DNA from: Felis catus | Lineage: Eukaryota | DNA: 64,000 bases | Direction: 5' to 3' | Assembly: GCF_018350175.1 (NCBI RefSeq) | Contig: NC_058368.1 | Location: forward strand, 118,670,001-118,734,000 | In this document: in pieces, positions 25,679-39,077 of the stretch | How the letters are laid out: each line of letters opens with the position of its first letter | Numbering within the stretch: the stretch's first letter is position 1 | Made by a program: the position numbers and the translations under genes | The notes under the pieces: model-generated | Databases searched by the model: none | What the model was told of the DNA's origin: nothing | What the model saw: only the letters and a program-made list of their open reading frames with translations

Positions 25679-28600
25679 GAATATTTGAAGAGACATGGAA
25701 GACAGAATGAGAAGATTTAAAATAAGTCTGTAGGAGGTACAGAGGATGAGACTAAATAGAATGGTAAGGCGTAACATTTGAAGAGATGATGGCTGAGAAT
25801 TTTCTTAAATTGAAAAATCTAAAACATCAGATTCAGTAATCATGACCAACTTCAAAGAGGAGAAAGAAAACTGAGTCTACAGAAATCACATCCATAAAGA
25901 TCTCTTGTATTATAACTAAGAGCCCAACACCTTGGCCCACATCACATGAGAAATTAGAGAATGAACTTCCTGTCACCTAGCCTTGCCCTTGGAACCAGAG
26001 TCCTGGTATAACACTAGTGAGGTGAATAATGCAGACGTTTTTCTCCTTGAACTTCACTGTTGGGAAAGTGGTTTTAGACTGATACCTTTCAGGTGTAGTA
26101 TTTTATAGCTGAGCATCATTTGTTCTACTTATTATCTCTTCTGATTGTAGGCTTCATCCTCTCTATTGGTGGGAGTTTTAGGGGTTAGCCAATCTTTCTG
26201 GTTTGTGCGTAGAACCAGAATAGTCCCTGCTTGGCAAATTGCCTTAGCACTTCCACTGGCTTTGAAGGCAGGAAATGAAATCTCTACATTTTTGGTGTTG
26301 ACTTGACCTTCCTAAGCTATTCCTCTCCTTCTCCTTTCTGCATATGAATTGATACAGGTACCTCCATTTTCTGGACTTAAATAGAGATCTGAAGCTGTAA
26401 AGCGTCCCTGGGAGGGGGTCACACGCCAGGATACCTCACTTGCAGACAATCACAACAGATTGAGATGAGAGAATGAGAATGAGTGCTGGCGGCAGATGCA
26501 TTTTTAGAGATAAGGACAATACAGAAAATGCCAATCCTGCTATAACATTCCTCATTTCTTTCTCGTTATTTTTCATTTCATGTTCAGTGCTAGGTATCAG
26601 TGAGTCTCATGATGCAGGACTGTGAGGTCTATACCACCCTTGATTTCTTTCTGGAGGAGTAGTGCTTCAATGTGTCTTGAGTTGAGCCTCCAGATAGTTC
26701 TTACTCTTTCCTTTGGTTTCTGTTAACAGAAGGGGATTGTTTTCTCAGCCCCTCAGGGGGAACTCTTTCTTATTAACCATCCCTGTTACTGATTTTTCCC
26801 CCTTCTCTTTCCTCAGCATCCGACCACACAGTGCTTTGGTGCTTGTCAGATCTAATGTTCTTCAGAGAAGGTCTTTCTTTAATTACTTTTCATTCTTTTT
26901 TTTTTCCTTTTCCTAACTCAGACACACGCAGTGTTGCTTTGAACAGTTGTTTCCTATCCCCCTCTGTCTGGAAACTAGATGATTAATTTTTTTTTTTTTT
27001 TGTCATTGCTGTAATTGAAATGCCCACATTTCAATTTCTGCTGCATGTGCTACCCAGCATTTAACTGGACAAGACAGAGAAGCTGGAGGGGAGGTGGTCG
27101 TGAAACATAAAAGCTTTTTATTTTCATAATGGCTTGGAGCGTACCCTTCCTGGGTGGGGGAACACAGCTACCATGGCAACAGGTGCTGGTTGGGGGGAAG
27201 GCTGCAGCAGCCCTGGTAGAACAGGAGTCTGTAGAGTGTGGAGCAGCACGTGGGGGCGGCAGTAGCCTCCAGCAGGCTTTCCTTTCCCTAGTAATTACTG
27301 CCATTTTTCATAATTAAGACTGTGTGTTATGTATAGATGGGTAGGTTGGTGTTCTGTTTTGCTTTTGAGTGGCATAGAGAGCAGTGAGCAGGGCCATAAG
27401 TCAGGCACTGGCCTCTAAGCCCCTGCTGTGTCCGTAACTGAGAACTAAGGTCTAGTAGGCTCCTTGGTGCAGGCAAGGGCAAGCCTTGTTCATCCACCCC
27501 ATTCTCTCATCTTGATGCACCTCAGGCCTGGGGTTCCTTCCTTGCAAATGCCAGTCTGCTCGATTGGGGATTTTCAGAGCGTGAGTCTCTCCTGTCAGGT
27601 CTTCCTAGAAATGCCACACCTAGAAACTCTGCTTTTCAGAGGTTCACCTTCACCAAGGACCTCATTATTGGCCCCCATATGCTCAAAAAGTTGTGTATTT
27701 TTTTTTGACTCTTGCATAGAGCAAGTCCTTATCATAGGGATTCTGTTCTCTCCCAGCTCAGAATGCTGAGCCTGATAAATCTTGCCCAATGATGCTTAGT
27801 TCTGCTAATCACTAACTTCCTGCTGTCTCTGAAACAGATTCAGTAGTCAGAGCACCTTGCAAAAGGAGAAGCAAAACTAAGTCCATACAAACGCACATCC
27901 CAGAGAAGCTATGGAACACTCTGGACAGAAAAATCTGTAAAGACCTCTTGAATCATAAATAAGAGCTCAACAACCATGGTCTTTAATTTAAAGTTGTTTT
28001 TTAGGACTTGGTGGCCCGGTTACACTGTGCCTCTTGCATCACACACCCAGGAACACCAGAGCTGAAAGCTTAATTTCTTACCGCAGCCTGCTTTACTGAT
28101 ACCATTCTCTGCGTCTCCTCATCATTCCTGGCTCTCTGAGCCTTCTGTTTAAATTTTTCCTCCTCCACCTCCTCACTGTCATCATCATCACCACCATCCT
28201 CCCTGCTGTGAGCAGCACTGGATAGTCTTCAGAGCCTTTTTCACCCTCTTCCTTGCCTTGTCCTTAGAGCATCCATGTGAAGTAGATTGAGGAAGTACTA
28301 GGATTCTTGCTTGGCCTCGGTGGCAGCCACAAGTGCCTCCCAAGTGCCACGGCACTTGCTGGGATGAGTGGTTTATTTTGAAATTAGTGGGACACATACT
28401 CTGAAGCTCAGGTCCCTTCAAGTCCTTTGGCCACCAGCCTGAAAATAGTTCTAACAAAATTTATTAAGCACCTGTCCTGCCAGGTTCTGGGCATACATTG
28501 ATATGTATAAACAAGACAGATGGGGGGTTTACCTTCACGGAGCTTACAAACAAGATGAGGGGATGGCATCATTTCCCTGCCAGCTGTCTTTATTTGTGGT

Positions 28601-28899
28601 TCTGTAGTAGACCCCAGTACAATCCTGTACCAAATACTGAGCCAGTGAAATTGAACCTTGCCCAGATTCATAGAGAGGGGTTTGATATCTCGGTAGTAGT
28701 TTTTCATCCTCATTAGATTTCATGAAAGATACCTGAATTATAAATACAGGAACATCTTAATAGACGTAGAGCTATATTTATCTGTAAAATTATAGAAGTA
28801 AGGCCATCTTTGCTGGGTATGTCTTATTACTTACCTGTTAACTTTTGGTCTGCTTGGCTGGAGACTGATTGTTATGTCTGGGCCCTTAATAAAGTCATT

Positions 28900-29410
28900 G
28901 GATCAATAAACATTTAGAAAACGGTCAATATCATTAATCAAAAAATAGAATTGAAAACTAGATAGGCATAATACTATTCACTACTTATTAAAAATTTCAA
29001 AATAATAATGCCTTAGGGCCTAGAGAAACAGGCATGCTGAAACATTCTAGGTGAGAATGTAAATTGATAAAGGTCTCCTAGGTGACAGTTTGGAAATATG
29101 TATTAAAATCTTTTATACCCTTTCATCCAGAAATTCAATTTCTGTGAATTTATTTCAGAGAAAGAAAGATGTACAAAAACATTTATGTGCGTACAGGTTT
29201 ATTGTGGTGTTACTGGAAACAACACATCAAAAACAACCTGAATGTCCAATAATAGAGGCCTTCTTGAATGTATTATCCATACAATAGAATACTATATAAC
29301 CATAAATATGTTGGACAAGGTAATGAATGATATTTGAAAAGTTTATAGTAAGGCAGTAAAAACAGGTCATAAGGCTATGTGCATGCAGTATGATCTAGGT
29401 TGTTTAAAAT

Positions 29411-29450
<40 letters not shown>

Positions 29451-29630
29451 TTCTAAGTGTGTGTGTGCCTGAGGAAAGCAAAGGACAAAATATCTATACC
29501 TTAAAATGTTAAATGAAATTTAATTATTTCTGACTAGTTGGATTATGGGTGATTTTTGTTTTCTTTGTGCTTTTCTATCTTTTTCAGTTATCCTACAATG
29601 AACACTTGGAATTGTAATACCAGAAAATAA
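28900..29630 (+). mobile_element. Old L1 (L1ME-type) 3' fragment with an embedded (GT)n
   Basis: gagaatgtaaattg...aaacaacctgaatgtccaataatagagg...atccatacaatagaatactat. Confidence 0.65.
29413..29448. repeat. (GT)18 microsatellite
   Basis: Direct reading. Confidence 0.95.
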
Positions 29631-32538
29631 AAAGCTTAGGCTTTTCTCCCTAATTATAGCATTAAGAGAAAAAAGAAAGGACCGCTATTTAAAAATGGCC
29701 ACTGCTGTAAGGGGCAAAGTGACATCCAATGACATTTACTGATTCTATCTTAAGGAAGATAGACATTTTGTTTCATAAGTTTACCCCTATGTGTGTCCCA
29801 GGGGCAAGGGAGACATGCATGGGTGTGTACATGTGTAAAGGAGTGTACCATCCAGCTGGGGGGTTGTGTGAGTGTGTGTGGCCACGTATCACAGCCTTGC
29901 ATTGCCGTGGTTCTTAGGGGAGTCACATAGATTAGCATGTCCACAAATGCTGTCTGTGTTGGACTGACCAGTGTGGTTCATGCCCCTGACTCATGGCCAC
30001 ATGCAGTCCCATCTGGTGCCCCAGGTACAGCTACAGGCATCCTGTCCTCCATGGGTCAGGAGTCTGCAGAACTTTCACCTGCGCCAGGGCTTTATGAGAC
30101 AGACTTTCTTGGAGCCACTTAGTACTTTTTTCTTTAAGTCCCAGTTTTTTATCTTGTAATACCAACTCATGTGGAAGACTCGTTCAGGTGAGTGAAAGTA
30201 TTAAGTGATTTTTCTGACATTTTTATAGTGAACTCTGAACCCTGGCCTTTCATAGAGTAGCAGGCCTTCCTGAACCTTGCTCTCTTCTCCCCCTCAAGTT
30301 TTCCAAACACAAATGATATTTTTAAAAGATTACTCTTTTGTTTGTTTCCTGCCCTGTTTAATGATTACCTAGCTTTTTACATAACCCAACCAAATGCTGG
30401 CACATGTCAACGGGATTGTGGTATAGTTATCTCCTGCTATGTAAATTTTAGGAAGGTGGCCTTCTGTTTGCAAGACTGAGCAGTAGATCTATTAGTGACA
30501 TTCACTGGAGGAGTCTCTTCCTAACTGGGTTGGGGCAACAGAGATGGATGAGTGGGAGGAGCAGCCAGAAGCCACAGGGCATTCTCAGTATTGGGTGGGA
30601 AAACCCAGAGGTGGCAAGGATGCTGGTGCTTTCCATTGTGCTAAACAACTCTTGACACAGACTTCAGCATGCCTGTTCAAACTCCTCTTGAATGCAACTC
30701 TTAAAGAGATCTGAGGCAGGCAACACTAATGTCTGTGGTTGAAGATTGGACTTCTTAATTGCCCATGCATTTGTGTATATGATTTGTAGTGTTCTAATTT
30801 GTGGACTTCTAGACTCTACTCTCTGCAATGACAGAGCTCAGCTCACATGTCTCCCTTTAGAGGCCTTGCCCAGCCTACCTAAGTTAGTCCTTCTCACCAG
30901 TTTTTATCACACACTCCTATTTAATTTCATCTTACACTTTCTCAGCCTGACATTCTTACTGTGTTTTGTGTATTTTCTATCTTCGTAATGGGACTGTCAT
31001 GCCAGTATATTGAAGGATGAATCTTGGCTGTTGGGTTCACTGCTGTATCCCAATGCCTAGAAGACTGCATGGCATCTCGTAGGTGTTCAGTCTGTGTTGG
31101 GGAGGACCAAACATGGTACATTTGGGAACATGCAAAAGGCCAGGGTAGTCGGGAGCTGTGGGTGAATGCAGAAATGCAGGATGGCAGTTTGGAGAGGTAG
31201 GCGGGGTCAAGTCATATAGGCTACAGTGAGGACTTTGGAGTTACTTGAGGATCTGATGTTCATTAAGTATTTTCATCTCTGTGGATTTATATGCAATCCA
31301 GACTGGTTTGCTAAAGTGAACTGTTGATGGCTTTTCCACTGGGAAATGTGCACCATGGTGTCCTTAAAGTGATTCTTTAGCCCACACTGCTGTTCTCTTC
31401 CCTGTCTCTACTGTCATCAGCCTGGCATTCTTAACCCACCTGTCCAGAGGAGCTCAAGAAGGCAAGGGGACAACAGCTAAGGTGTCAGGCTGCGCTGCCT
31501 GCTCAAATGAAAGCATTCCAGAACTTGGTCATTAAACACTTTGACTTATCCATTGAAAAGTATTGGATTTGGGCTTTGTGAATGACACTCTGTGAGAGCC
31601 TAAACGAGGGGCAGATCAGGAGCCCAGATCTCTACCTTCATGGTTTAAATCATTCGGTGTCTGTGTGACCAGATACCCCCTCCTGTTCTCTACCTAATGA
31701 ACAGGTTGGGTTTCTCACAGTGGATCGCCAGTTCCTGTTTGACCCTGCACTTTGTTTTATATTTTGCTTCCAAAGTAGCAGAATTCAAGGAGTCTCCAGT
31801 TTTGTGCTGCCTACGAAGAGGACAAATCAGATTTTGCCAGACGTACACTGAAGTAAGAACTCTATTGGCATAACTCCCTGATGAATCTATTTTTGTGATG
31901 AAGGCAGAAAATATAACAGAAGGGTCTGTGTATTCAGTCTTATTCTAACATGTACCACTATGTATAAACACAATTATTTTATACGTATAAATAAGTAAGA
32001 TGAGCTACATTTCCACTTAGGCTTGAGCTCATACGGAAATTTTGGACATAACAGTTTAGTGTAACAAGGAGCTAGGATAGGTTGGCACCAAGCTTCAGGA
32101 GTGGGGAGGCGTAAGAAGGGGTAATCCACTCAGATTTTGTTTTCTAGCTTTTAGGGTCTATAAAAAGGATGTTGTCTTTTAAACAATTCTGTTCTTTAGC
32201 ATCAGACATTTGAACACAGAGAATGTCGATGTTCTCTTCAAATGACTCTTCATTTGGTGTTAGAGATCTGGGACTTCTTCTTTCACTGTTAGTACTAATT
32301 GATTTCCAGAACTTTCCCATGACTTGTCAGTTCCTGTACATAAAGAGCCATGAACTCTTCAGGGCACCTTGAAATAATTTTTTTCTTAGTTGAATATCCA
32401 CATGTAATTCAAAAGTTCTGTGATAGCATGTCAGCTTTAAATTTTAGTCATTTTGGTACCTTGGCCCTTGAAAGAAAGCTACCTTTTTCAACCTCAGCCT
32501 GAATTTGTTTCAGACTCCTGCTAAAGAAAGCAATTTTC

Positions 32539-32577
32539 TTTTTTTTTCTTTTTAAAATTTTTTAAAAAATATTTATT

Positions 32578-32628
<51 letters not shown>

Positions 32629-32795
32629 GAGAACTAGTGGGGGAGTGGCAGAGAGAGAAGACACAGAATCGAAAGCAGGCTCCAGGCTCTGAGCTGTTAG
32701 CACAGACCCCCATGAAGGGCTTGAAGTCGTGAACCACAAGATTATGACCTGAGCCAAAGTCAGATGCTTAACCGACTGAGCCACCCAGGAGCTCC
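32539..32795 (-). mobile_element. Can-SINE with expanded (GA)n
   Basis: Reverse-complement SINE; TSD core gcaattttct on both sides; (GA)~19 at 32581-32620. Confidence 0.92.
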
Positions 32796-33739
32796 AAGGA
32801 ATGCAATTTTCTGTCTGTTTTCTTTTTGGGGTAAAAGTACCCTCCTTTTCAAAAATAAACCAGATGGGTTATTTCCTTGATTTAAAATATCTCCATGAAA
32901 GGAGACAGATTACCCAGGGCATATGTATGACTGTGCCTGAGTGTTTTTTGTGTTTTTGTTTGTTTGTTTGTTTGTTTTTCCTTTCTAACAATCTGTCAAT
33001 CTCTTACTCCGCAACTCTCCCATAGCCCCATCTGTGGATTTGGAATCTTGACTTGCCCTCCAGGAAGGATTATGGTCCTTTCCCCGAAAATGAGGCTTGC
33101 ATTTCATGGGACGTGAGAAGCTCTGACTGCTTAGTGTCACAGCTACTGTTACGGTTGGAGCTGAGCCACCCTTAGCCTTTGCTGTAGCTTCTTTTGTCCC
33201 TGTTCTTTGACCTGTAGAATGGGACTAGTAAGAGGGATCTGGCTTCAGAAGACTACTATTTATTTTACTTAAAGATTGTAAAGATGGTTAAATTCAGTGG
33301 GCTTTATGAATATTTACACAACATGTTCAATATCGGTGCTGTTTGTGGGTGACTGTTAGCCGGGTAGCAGGTAACTAGCACCTTGAGGCTATGACTCTAG
33401 GCCTTTAAATCATGTTGGCCTCAACATTCTGTTCTGCTGCCAAGTTCCTAGTGGAAGTCAGCACAGTGACTAAGGGAAAAATGTGGACCAGCTTCATAGA
33501 CCTTCCACGTTAACACAGACGTAGCTGCAAATGCACACTGCCTGATAGGTTTTAGTTACTCAAATCAATAGAAGTACTGTATTCTAGTTTTTACATGTCT
33601 TGGATTCTCTGAAGAGATTTTATGCTGGTTTGCGAAGTTCTTCTGTCTCTTACATCCCAGGGCCTTTGAGCATGTAAGTCTTAGTAGCTGAGACCTTTCT
33701 GAGTCTACAGAGAGAAGTGACAAATATTACGCTCTCCCT

Positions 33740-34280
33740 CTGATCAGAATTCTCTCATTGCTTTTCATGTCACTGAGTAGAGAACAAAGCTCTTAAAGTG
33801 GCCTGCAAAGTCCTACAGGATTGGCTGCCCCCGGGTCCATTACCTGTCTGGCTTTCCCTAGTGCTTTCCCCTGTTCTCACTCAGTGACAGGCACATTGGC
33901 TTTCCTTAGGCAGTGCCAACATGCCACATGTGTTCCTGCCTGAGGCATCTGTGTCTAGTGTCTGCTCCCTGTAGCTTTTTCCCCAGAGATTTGCGAGATT
34001 TGCACAGCTTGCTTTCTTCCCTCCTTCAGGTTATTTGTACATTCGTCTTTGTCACTGACACCTTCCCTGACCACCCTGTCTAAAATTGCTAATAGGCCCT
34101 CATTCCTGCCTTTCTGCTGTGTATTTTATTTGCTTATTGTCTGTCCTACCCCCAAAATAATATAAGCTTCATAGAGCAGGGAGTTTTGGGGAGTGTCTAT
34201 TTTGTTCACTGCTCTATCCCCAGCTCTCAAAGCAGTCCTTGGCACATAATAAGCCCTCGAAAATACTTGATTGTTGAAAA
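33740..34280 (+). mobile_element. L2 3' end relic
   Basis: ttgttcactgctctatccccagctc...tggcacataataagccctcgaaaatacttgattg. Confidence 0.65.
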
Positions 34281-35307
34281 ATACACGATGCACTATTGGC
34301 CTCTGTTCTGGGTCACCTTGTACCTCCTTCCTTGGATAGGAAGTCCTAAGGCAACTTGCAAGCCCATGACCTGCCTTTTTGGACAGTGCTGGCCTAAAGA
34401 TGATAGGCTGAGCCACTGAAGGAAGTGTTGCCACCAACAGGAACTTAGGTATTTACAGCACTTGGTACCGTCAGGTTGGCATGTCATGCCTATAGGCAAC
34501 TTTTAAACCTCCTCCATTTATGCTGTGGCATCTCTCTCTAGATGGGAGAACATAAGCTTCAAAATAAATAAATCAGTGATAATGTGAAAGGACTTTAGAA
34601 ACTGTAAAATGCTTCGAAAATGATAATTCCATTGGACTGAAGAATGTTTCAAATTGTTCTACAATTTGAAATAGTTAAGTAATTTTCCAGGAAGAAATGT
34701 TCTATGGGCCAGCTTCTTCGTAGGTTTTTTTTTTTTTTTTTTTTTTTTTTGTATGTGAGTGCTATTTTTCTCCATCCAGGCCCGTGGACTGGGTCATAGA
34801 ATATAGCTACAGGCTAGGACCTGAACAGAGAAGCCATGAGCAGAGAAGGGAAAACTCATCAGTCAACCCCTAGATTGAGGTCATGTGCCTTCTTTGTGCA
34901 TAAGACTATTCAGATACCAAGTAGCTGAAAGAGTGTAGGGCAAATGGAACTCAGGTTGGCCTGTTGTTAGTGTTTAAACGACTGTGACTAATTTCAGAAA
35001 ATGAGGCAGCTTAGCAAAAAAGTACAGTTCTTATTCTTAATGAAAGCCAGCCTATTCTGGAGGAGGCCAGTAATTCCCATGACCCAGATTAGTTTGCTAC
35101 CATTGGAAAAAATTAGGGATTAATGCTGTTGATGGGCAGACTTGAAGGTAATATTCTTGTTTGCTTTCAAAACATCCTTTTAAAAATAATCAGGTTCTTC
35201 TTTTACCCATGATGTCTTTAGGTTAAGCTTTTTAGAAGAATGGCATGTGGAACAAAATGGCAGCCTATATACTGTGTATAATCTATCTCATACATGTCTG
35301 CACATAC

Positions 35308-35308
<1 letters not shown>

Positions 35309-35350
<42 letters not shown>
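35309..35350. repeat. (AC)21 microsatellite
   Basis: Direct reading. Confidence 0.95.
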
Positions 35351-35353
<3 letters not shown>

Positions 35354-37239
35354 GTTGTACCAGGGCATTTAAGAGCAGTAGCTCTGGAATCATACTGTAG
35401 ATTGCCTGCCTTCAAGTTCCATCTCTACTGCTTATTTGATACAGGACCCTGGACAAAATTTGAGTTTTCTGAACATTAACTACTTCATGCAGGACAGTAG
35501 TAGAAGTTACCTTGTAGAATTATTGTAAACATCAAATGAGATCATCGATGGAGTACTTAATTCCTGACTGAGGTTAAATGCTGAGTTGCTCTTACTGTTG
35601 ACAGTTTTAATATAATCTAAGATAGGCAGGAAGTACAAGGGGTTTTCAGAAAGGGATGAGAAAAAGAAATTGATGATATGTCTTTAATAAGACATATTTA
35701 ATGAGAACATTAGAAGGAGATTGGTATAATATTGTGAGCTTATGGTATATTGCATAATGCACATTAGGTAATGCATGTAATAATGATAATGATACCCTGT
35801 GAATATGTTGTGGACATTGCACCTTGCAGATTAGCGATGTGGCCAGGGAGAGCCACGTGGTTTGTTACGTGCCTTCAGTGTCAGGGTGAGGTGTGCTGGC
35901 TACTCCCCCAACAGCTATCCCCAGCTTGGCAAAGACTCTGAGGCACCGGTAGGTTACATGGAGGTTTAAGCCAGACATTTAGTGCAGCTGAGCCTTGATA
36001 CCCTTAGATGAAGCTAGCCTCGCAAAGCATGCACGTGCCCTTTTTCCCCCCTTAATACCTGATAGGAACAAGCTCTATCCTAGGCCCTGGGGATGTGGCA
36101 TTGAGGGAGATTAGTACCATCTCTGTTCTCTTGGAATAAGTGGGGGAGACGATGGCAATTCCATGAATGGTGACATAATTCAGTAAGTGCCAGGAAAGAG
36201 AAATGAGGAAATAGCATTGTAACAAGATACCTGGCCTGGTACAGAGTGTCCAGAAAGACCTTTCTGAGAAAGTGCAAGTAGTAAGTAGGAAAAGGACAGA
36301 TCAAGAGGAGCTGCAGAGCTTCCCTGGTAAGGGGATCAGCATAATGAAGGGCCTGGAAGAGGTGAGCTGGACCCTATAGGATCTTGTAGGCCATGCCAAG
36401 GGTTTTCATCTTAAAATTAAAATTAGCCAAAGCCCTTGGCAGTTTTTAAACAGTTAGTGATGTTGCATTGGAAGGGATCAGAGTGGAAATAGAGCTGGTT
36501 GCACACTCTTTTCCTTTTGTCTGTGGAATTTTTGGCACCAAGTGAGTGTTAGAGTTGACATGCATACAATTGGGTGGTACTTAACACCTTAGCGGTGACA
36601 TTCACCCATCTGAAGCACAGTTTATATATGTCACCAGAAGTGGAGAAGACATTGGCAGTTATTCACAGAGCTTTGAGATCGCTGGATGAAAGCAGTGTAG
36701 CCTGGACTGATGGATGTATGGCCATAATTGTCATTTTTTGGCGGGGGGGGGGGGGGCGGGGGGCGGCGAGAAACAATCCTTTCAGCCCCTCTGGTTTTTC
36801 TTTCAGTTTCTTCCTTTGATTTTATCCTTTTCAGTTTCTTTCAATTTTCTCAGTCCTAAAGCGTTTACTCTTTAATCATTAGGAAGCAGCTCTTAGACGT
36901 GCCAGCCAACTACAAATGGAATGCTCTCAGATTTGAGGGGTTCTTCCCTCATTTCCATGATAGTGTCAAACATGCAGCCAGTTTTACTGCAGGAAGGGAG
37001 AAGAAACAGTGGTTAATTTCGTATCACTCTGAAAAGGCATGAACCTTGTTCTGATTTCTCGGTTTCTCCCTTTTTTCTAATTTAGTGATTTGGGTGGTGA
37101 ATGAAGGAGCACTATTTATTTTTCTGTTCTGTCCACCACTTCATTCGGCACAGGTTCAAGCACGTAACTGCTCTGTGTATTCATTTTTGGTTGGGTTTTC
37201 CGAGGAATAGTTGTGCCTCTTGTAGCCTAGGCTGAACTG

Positions 37240-37510
37240 ACCCTGAGTGGTGTGGGAACATCAAAGTGCTAGGGTAGAGAGTATGGCTGTTCGCTTCGAC
37301 AGCACATATACTAAAATAGGGTAAAGAGTGTGGGTTTCCTCTCCTGGCTCTGCCTTTGGTTGGCCTTGTGACCTCAGGCAAATTACTAAACCTGTCAGTG
37401 CCTCAGTTTCATCCTCTGTAAAATGTTAGGGGTAGCCTCACCTACATGCCTTAAAGGGTCTTCTTGAAGATCACACTGTGTATCATTACCCACCGTAAAC
37501 ACTCAATTAT
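37240..37510 (+). mobile_element. MIR relic hosting the U6 fragment
   Basis: MIR core tgtgacctcaggcaaattactaaacctgtcagtgcctcagtttcatcctctgtaaaatg. Confidence 0.7.
37287..37317 (+). pseudogene. RNU6: 3'-truncated U6 snRNA retrocopy (nt 1-31)
   Basis: ctgttcgcttcgacagcacatatactaaaat versus U6 5' end GTGCTCGCTTCGGCAGCACATATACTAAAAT (28/31 identical); flanked by direct repeats tagggtagagagtatgg (37270-37286) and tagggtaaagagtgtgg (37317-37333). Confidence 0.88.
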
Positions 37511-38611
37511 TCAAAGCTTTAAATGTGACTTCTCACTGGACCACCATTCCCAGAAAGATGTTGAATATGGCTGGTGAGCATGACCCAAGTCAGTACACAG
37601 AACTATTTATTTTAAACTCTCATTCTAGTGCCAGCCATTGGGACAGCCCAGCAAAGTTATATTTATGGCTCTAATGGGTTTCCTTGGCACAAGCCTCCCC
37701 AGCACGATCCAGATGGGTCCAGTGTTAACAAGTCGTGGTGGTATTCAGGCAACACGCACATACTGACTTACTAGAAAACGTGTAGCCACTGGGGGGTGGG
37801 GATTCCCCCACCACTCCCCATTATATACTAAGGGTAAATTTGAAATTGTTGAAAGGAGCCACGTGAACAACCATGAACGTTAAACTTGGCCTTGTCGACC
37901 ACAAAAAAAGTACAGTTCCAAGAACTTCACATCCACCTCATCCTCCTTAGCCCCAGATCTTTGAGCTTCTCTGTCCCTGGATGGTGGTAGAGAGAAAAGT
38001 GCTACTGACTATAGCTTAGGTGCCTGCCCACTCAGCCACTTTCGGAATTGGTAACCTGGGGCCTACATTCTGCTATCTGCCCCGGAGGATGCTACAGGAG
38101 GTGCCCTTCAAATCGTGATCCGGTCCCCAGTCTGGAGTTGCTCATTAGAGGGGGAACAGTCGGAGTAGAAATGTCCCATGAATTTACCATGAACATAACC
38201 ATTTAGCAGTTAAGACCTCTGGACAGGGGAATGTCTGCAGCCAGGCTTTGCAGGGAGGTGAGCTTTGGATGGCAAGGATTTGCTAGGCAGGCCAGGGGCA
38301 GAGTGTGCTCCTGAAGACCGAGTGAGTTTGATGGGCTTGCTCTTGGCTGTGAGGCTCCCAGTGTGTTGTGCCAGAGGTACTTGGAGGGAAGTGATGGAAT
38401 ACAAGTCATTTTATGTTTTGAGCTTTTCTATAGATTTGAAGTATTTCATAATTTTTAGAAAGGGAAAAAAAGAATAAGAAATACAAATAGGTAGGGTAAT
38501 AGAAGTCCTGAAAATACAGATGCAGGAGTCAGGGCTCTTTGCCCCAAACAGAAGCAGGCCACTAGAGGTTCCTGCACAGAATACCAAGTGACACCATCAA
38601 ACAATGTGAAT

Positions 38612-38614
<3 letters not shown>

Positions 38615-38655
<41 letters not shown>

Positions 38656-38852
38656 TGTTTATGTTTGTGAGAGAGAGACACAGAGTGCAAGTGGGGGAGG
38701 GGCAGAGAGAGAGGGAGACACAGAATCTGAAGCAGGCTCCAGGCTCTGAGCTGTCAGCACAGAGCCCAAAGTGGGGCTCAAACCCACGAACCACAAGATC
38801 ATGACCTGAGCTGAAGTCGGACGCCCAACCGACTGAGCCACCCAGGCACTCC
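38615..38852 (-). mobile_element. Can-SINE with (TTTA)n tail
   Basis: Reverse-complement SINE ending gagccacccaggcactcc. Confidence 0.92.
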
Positions 38853-38865
38853 CGATATGGCTTTA

Positions 38866-39077
38866 AAAAAAATTTTTTTTTAATGTTTGTTTATTTTTTG
38901 AGACCAAGTGCAAGCAGGGGAGGGGCAGAGAGAGAGGGAGACAGAATCCAAAGCAGGCTCCAGGCTCTGAGCTGTCAGCACAGAGCCTGACACAGGGCTC
39001 AAACCCACGAACTGTGAGAACATGACCTGAGCTGGAGTGAGATGTATGCTTAACTGACTGAGCCACCCAGGTATCCC
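38866..39077 (-). mobile_element. Can-SINE, tandem to the previous copy
   Basis: Reverse-complement SINE ending gagccacccaggtatccc. Confidence 0.92.

Larger units (their letters stand above)
24900..25900 (+). mobile_element. Decayed old L1 ORF1-region fragment, interrupted by two SINEs
   Basis: A-rich; ...acatggaagacagaatgagaag...atttgaagagatgatggctgagaattttcttaaattg resembles L1 ORF1 (IFEEIMAENF-like motif). Confidence 0.65.

Noticed and set aside
37796..37813. Small hairpin ggtgggg-attc-ccccacc as a miRNA or terminator
   Set aside because: 7-bp stem is too short and expected by chance in G/C runs
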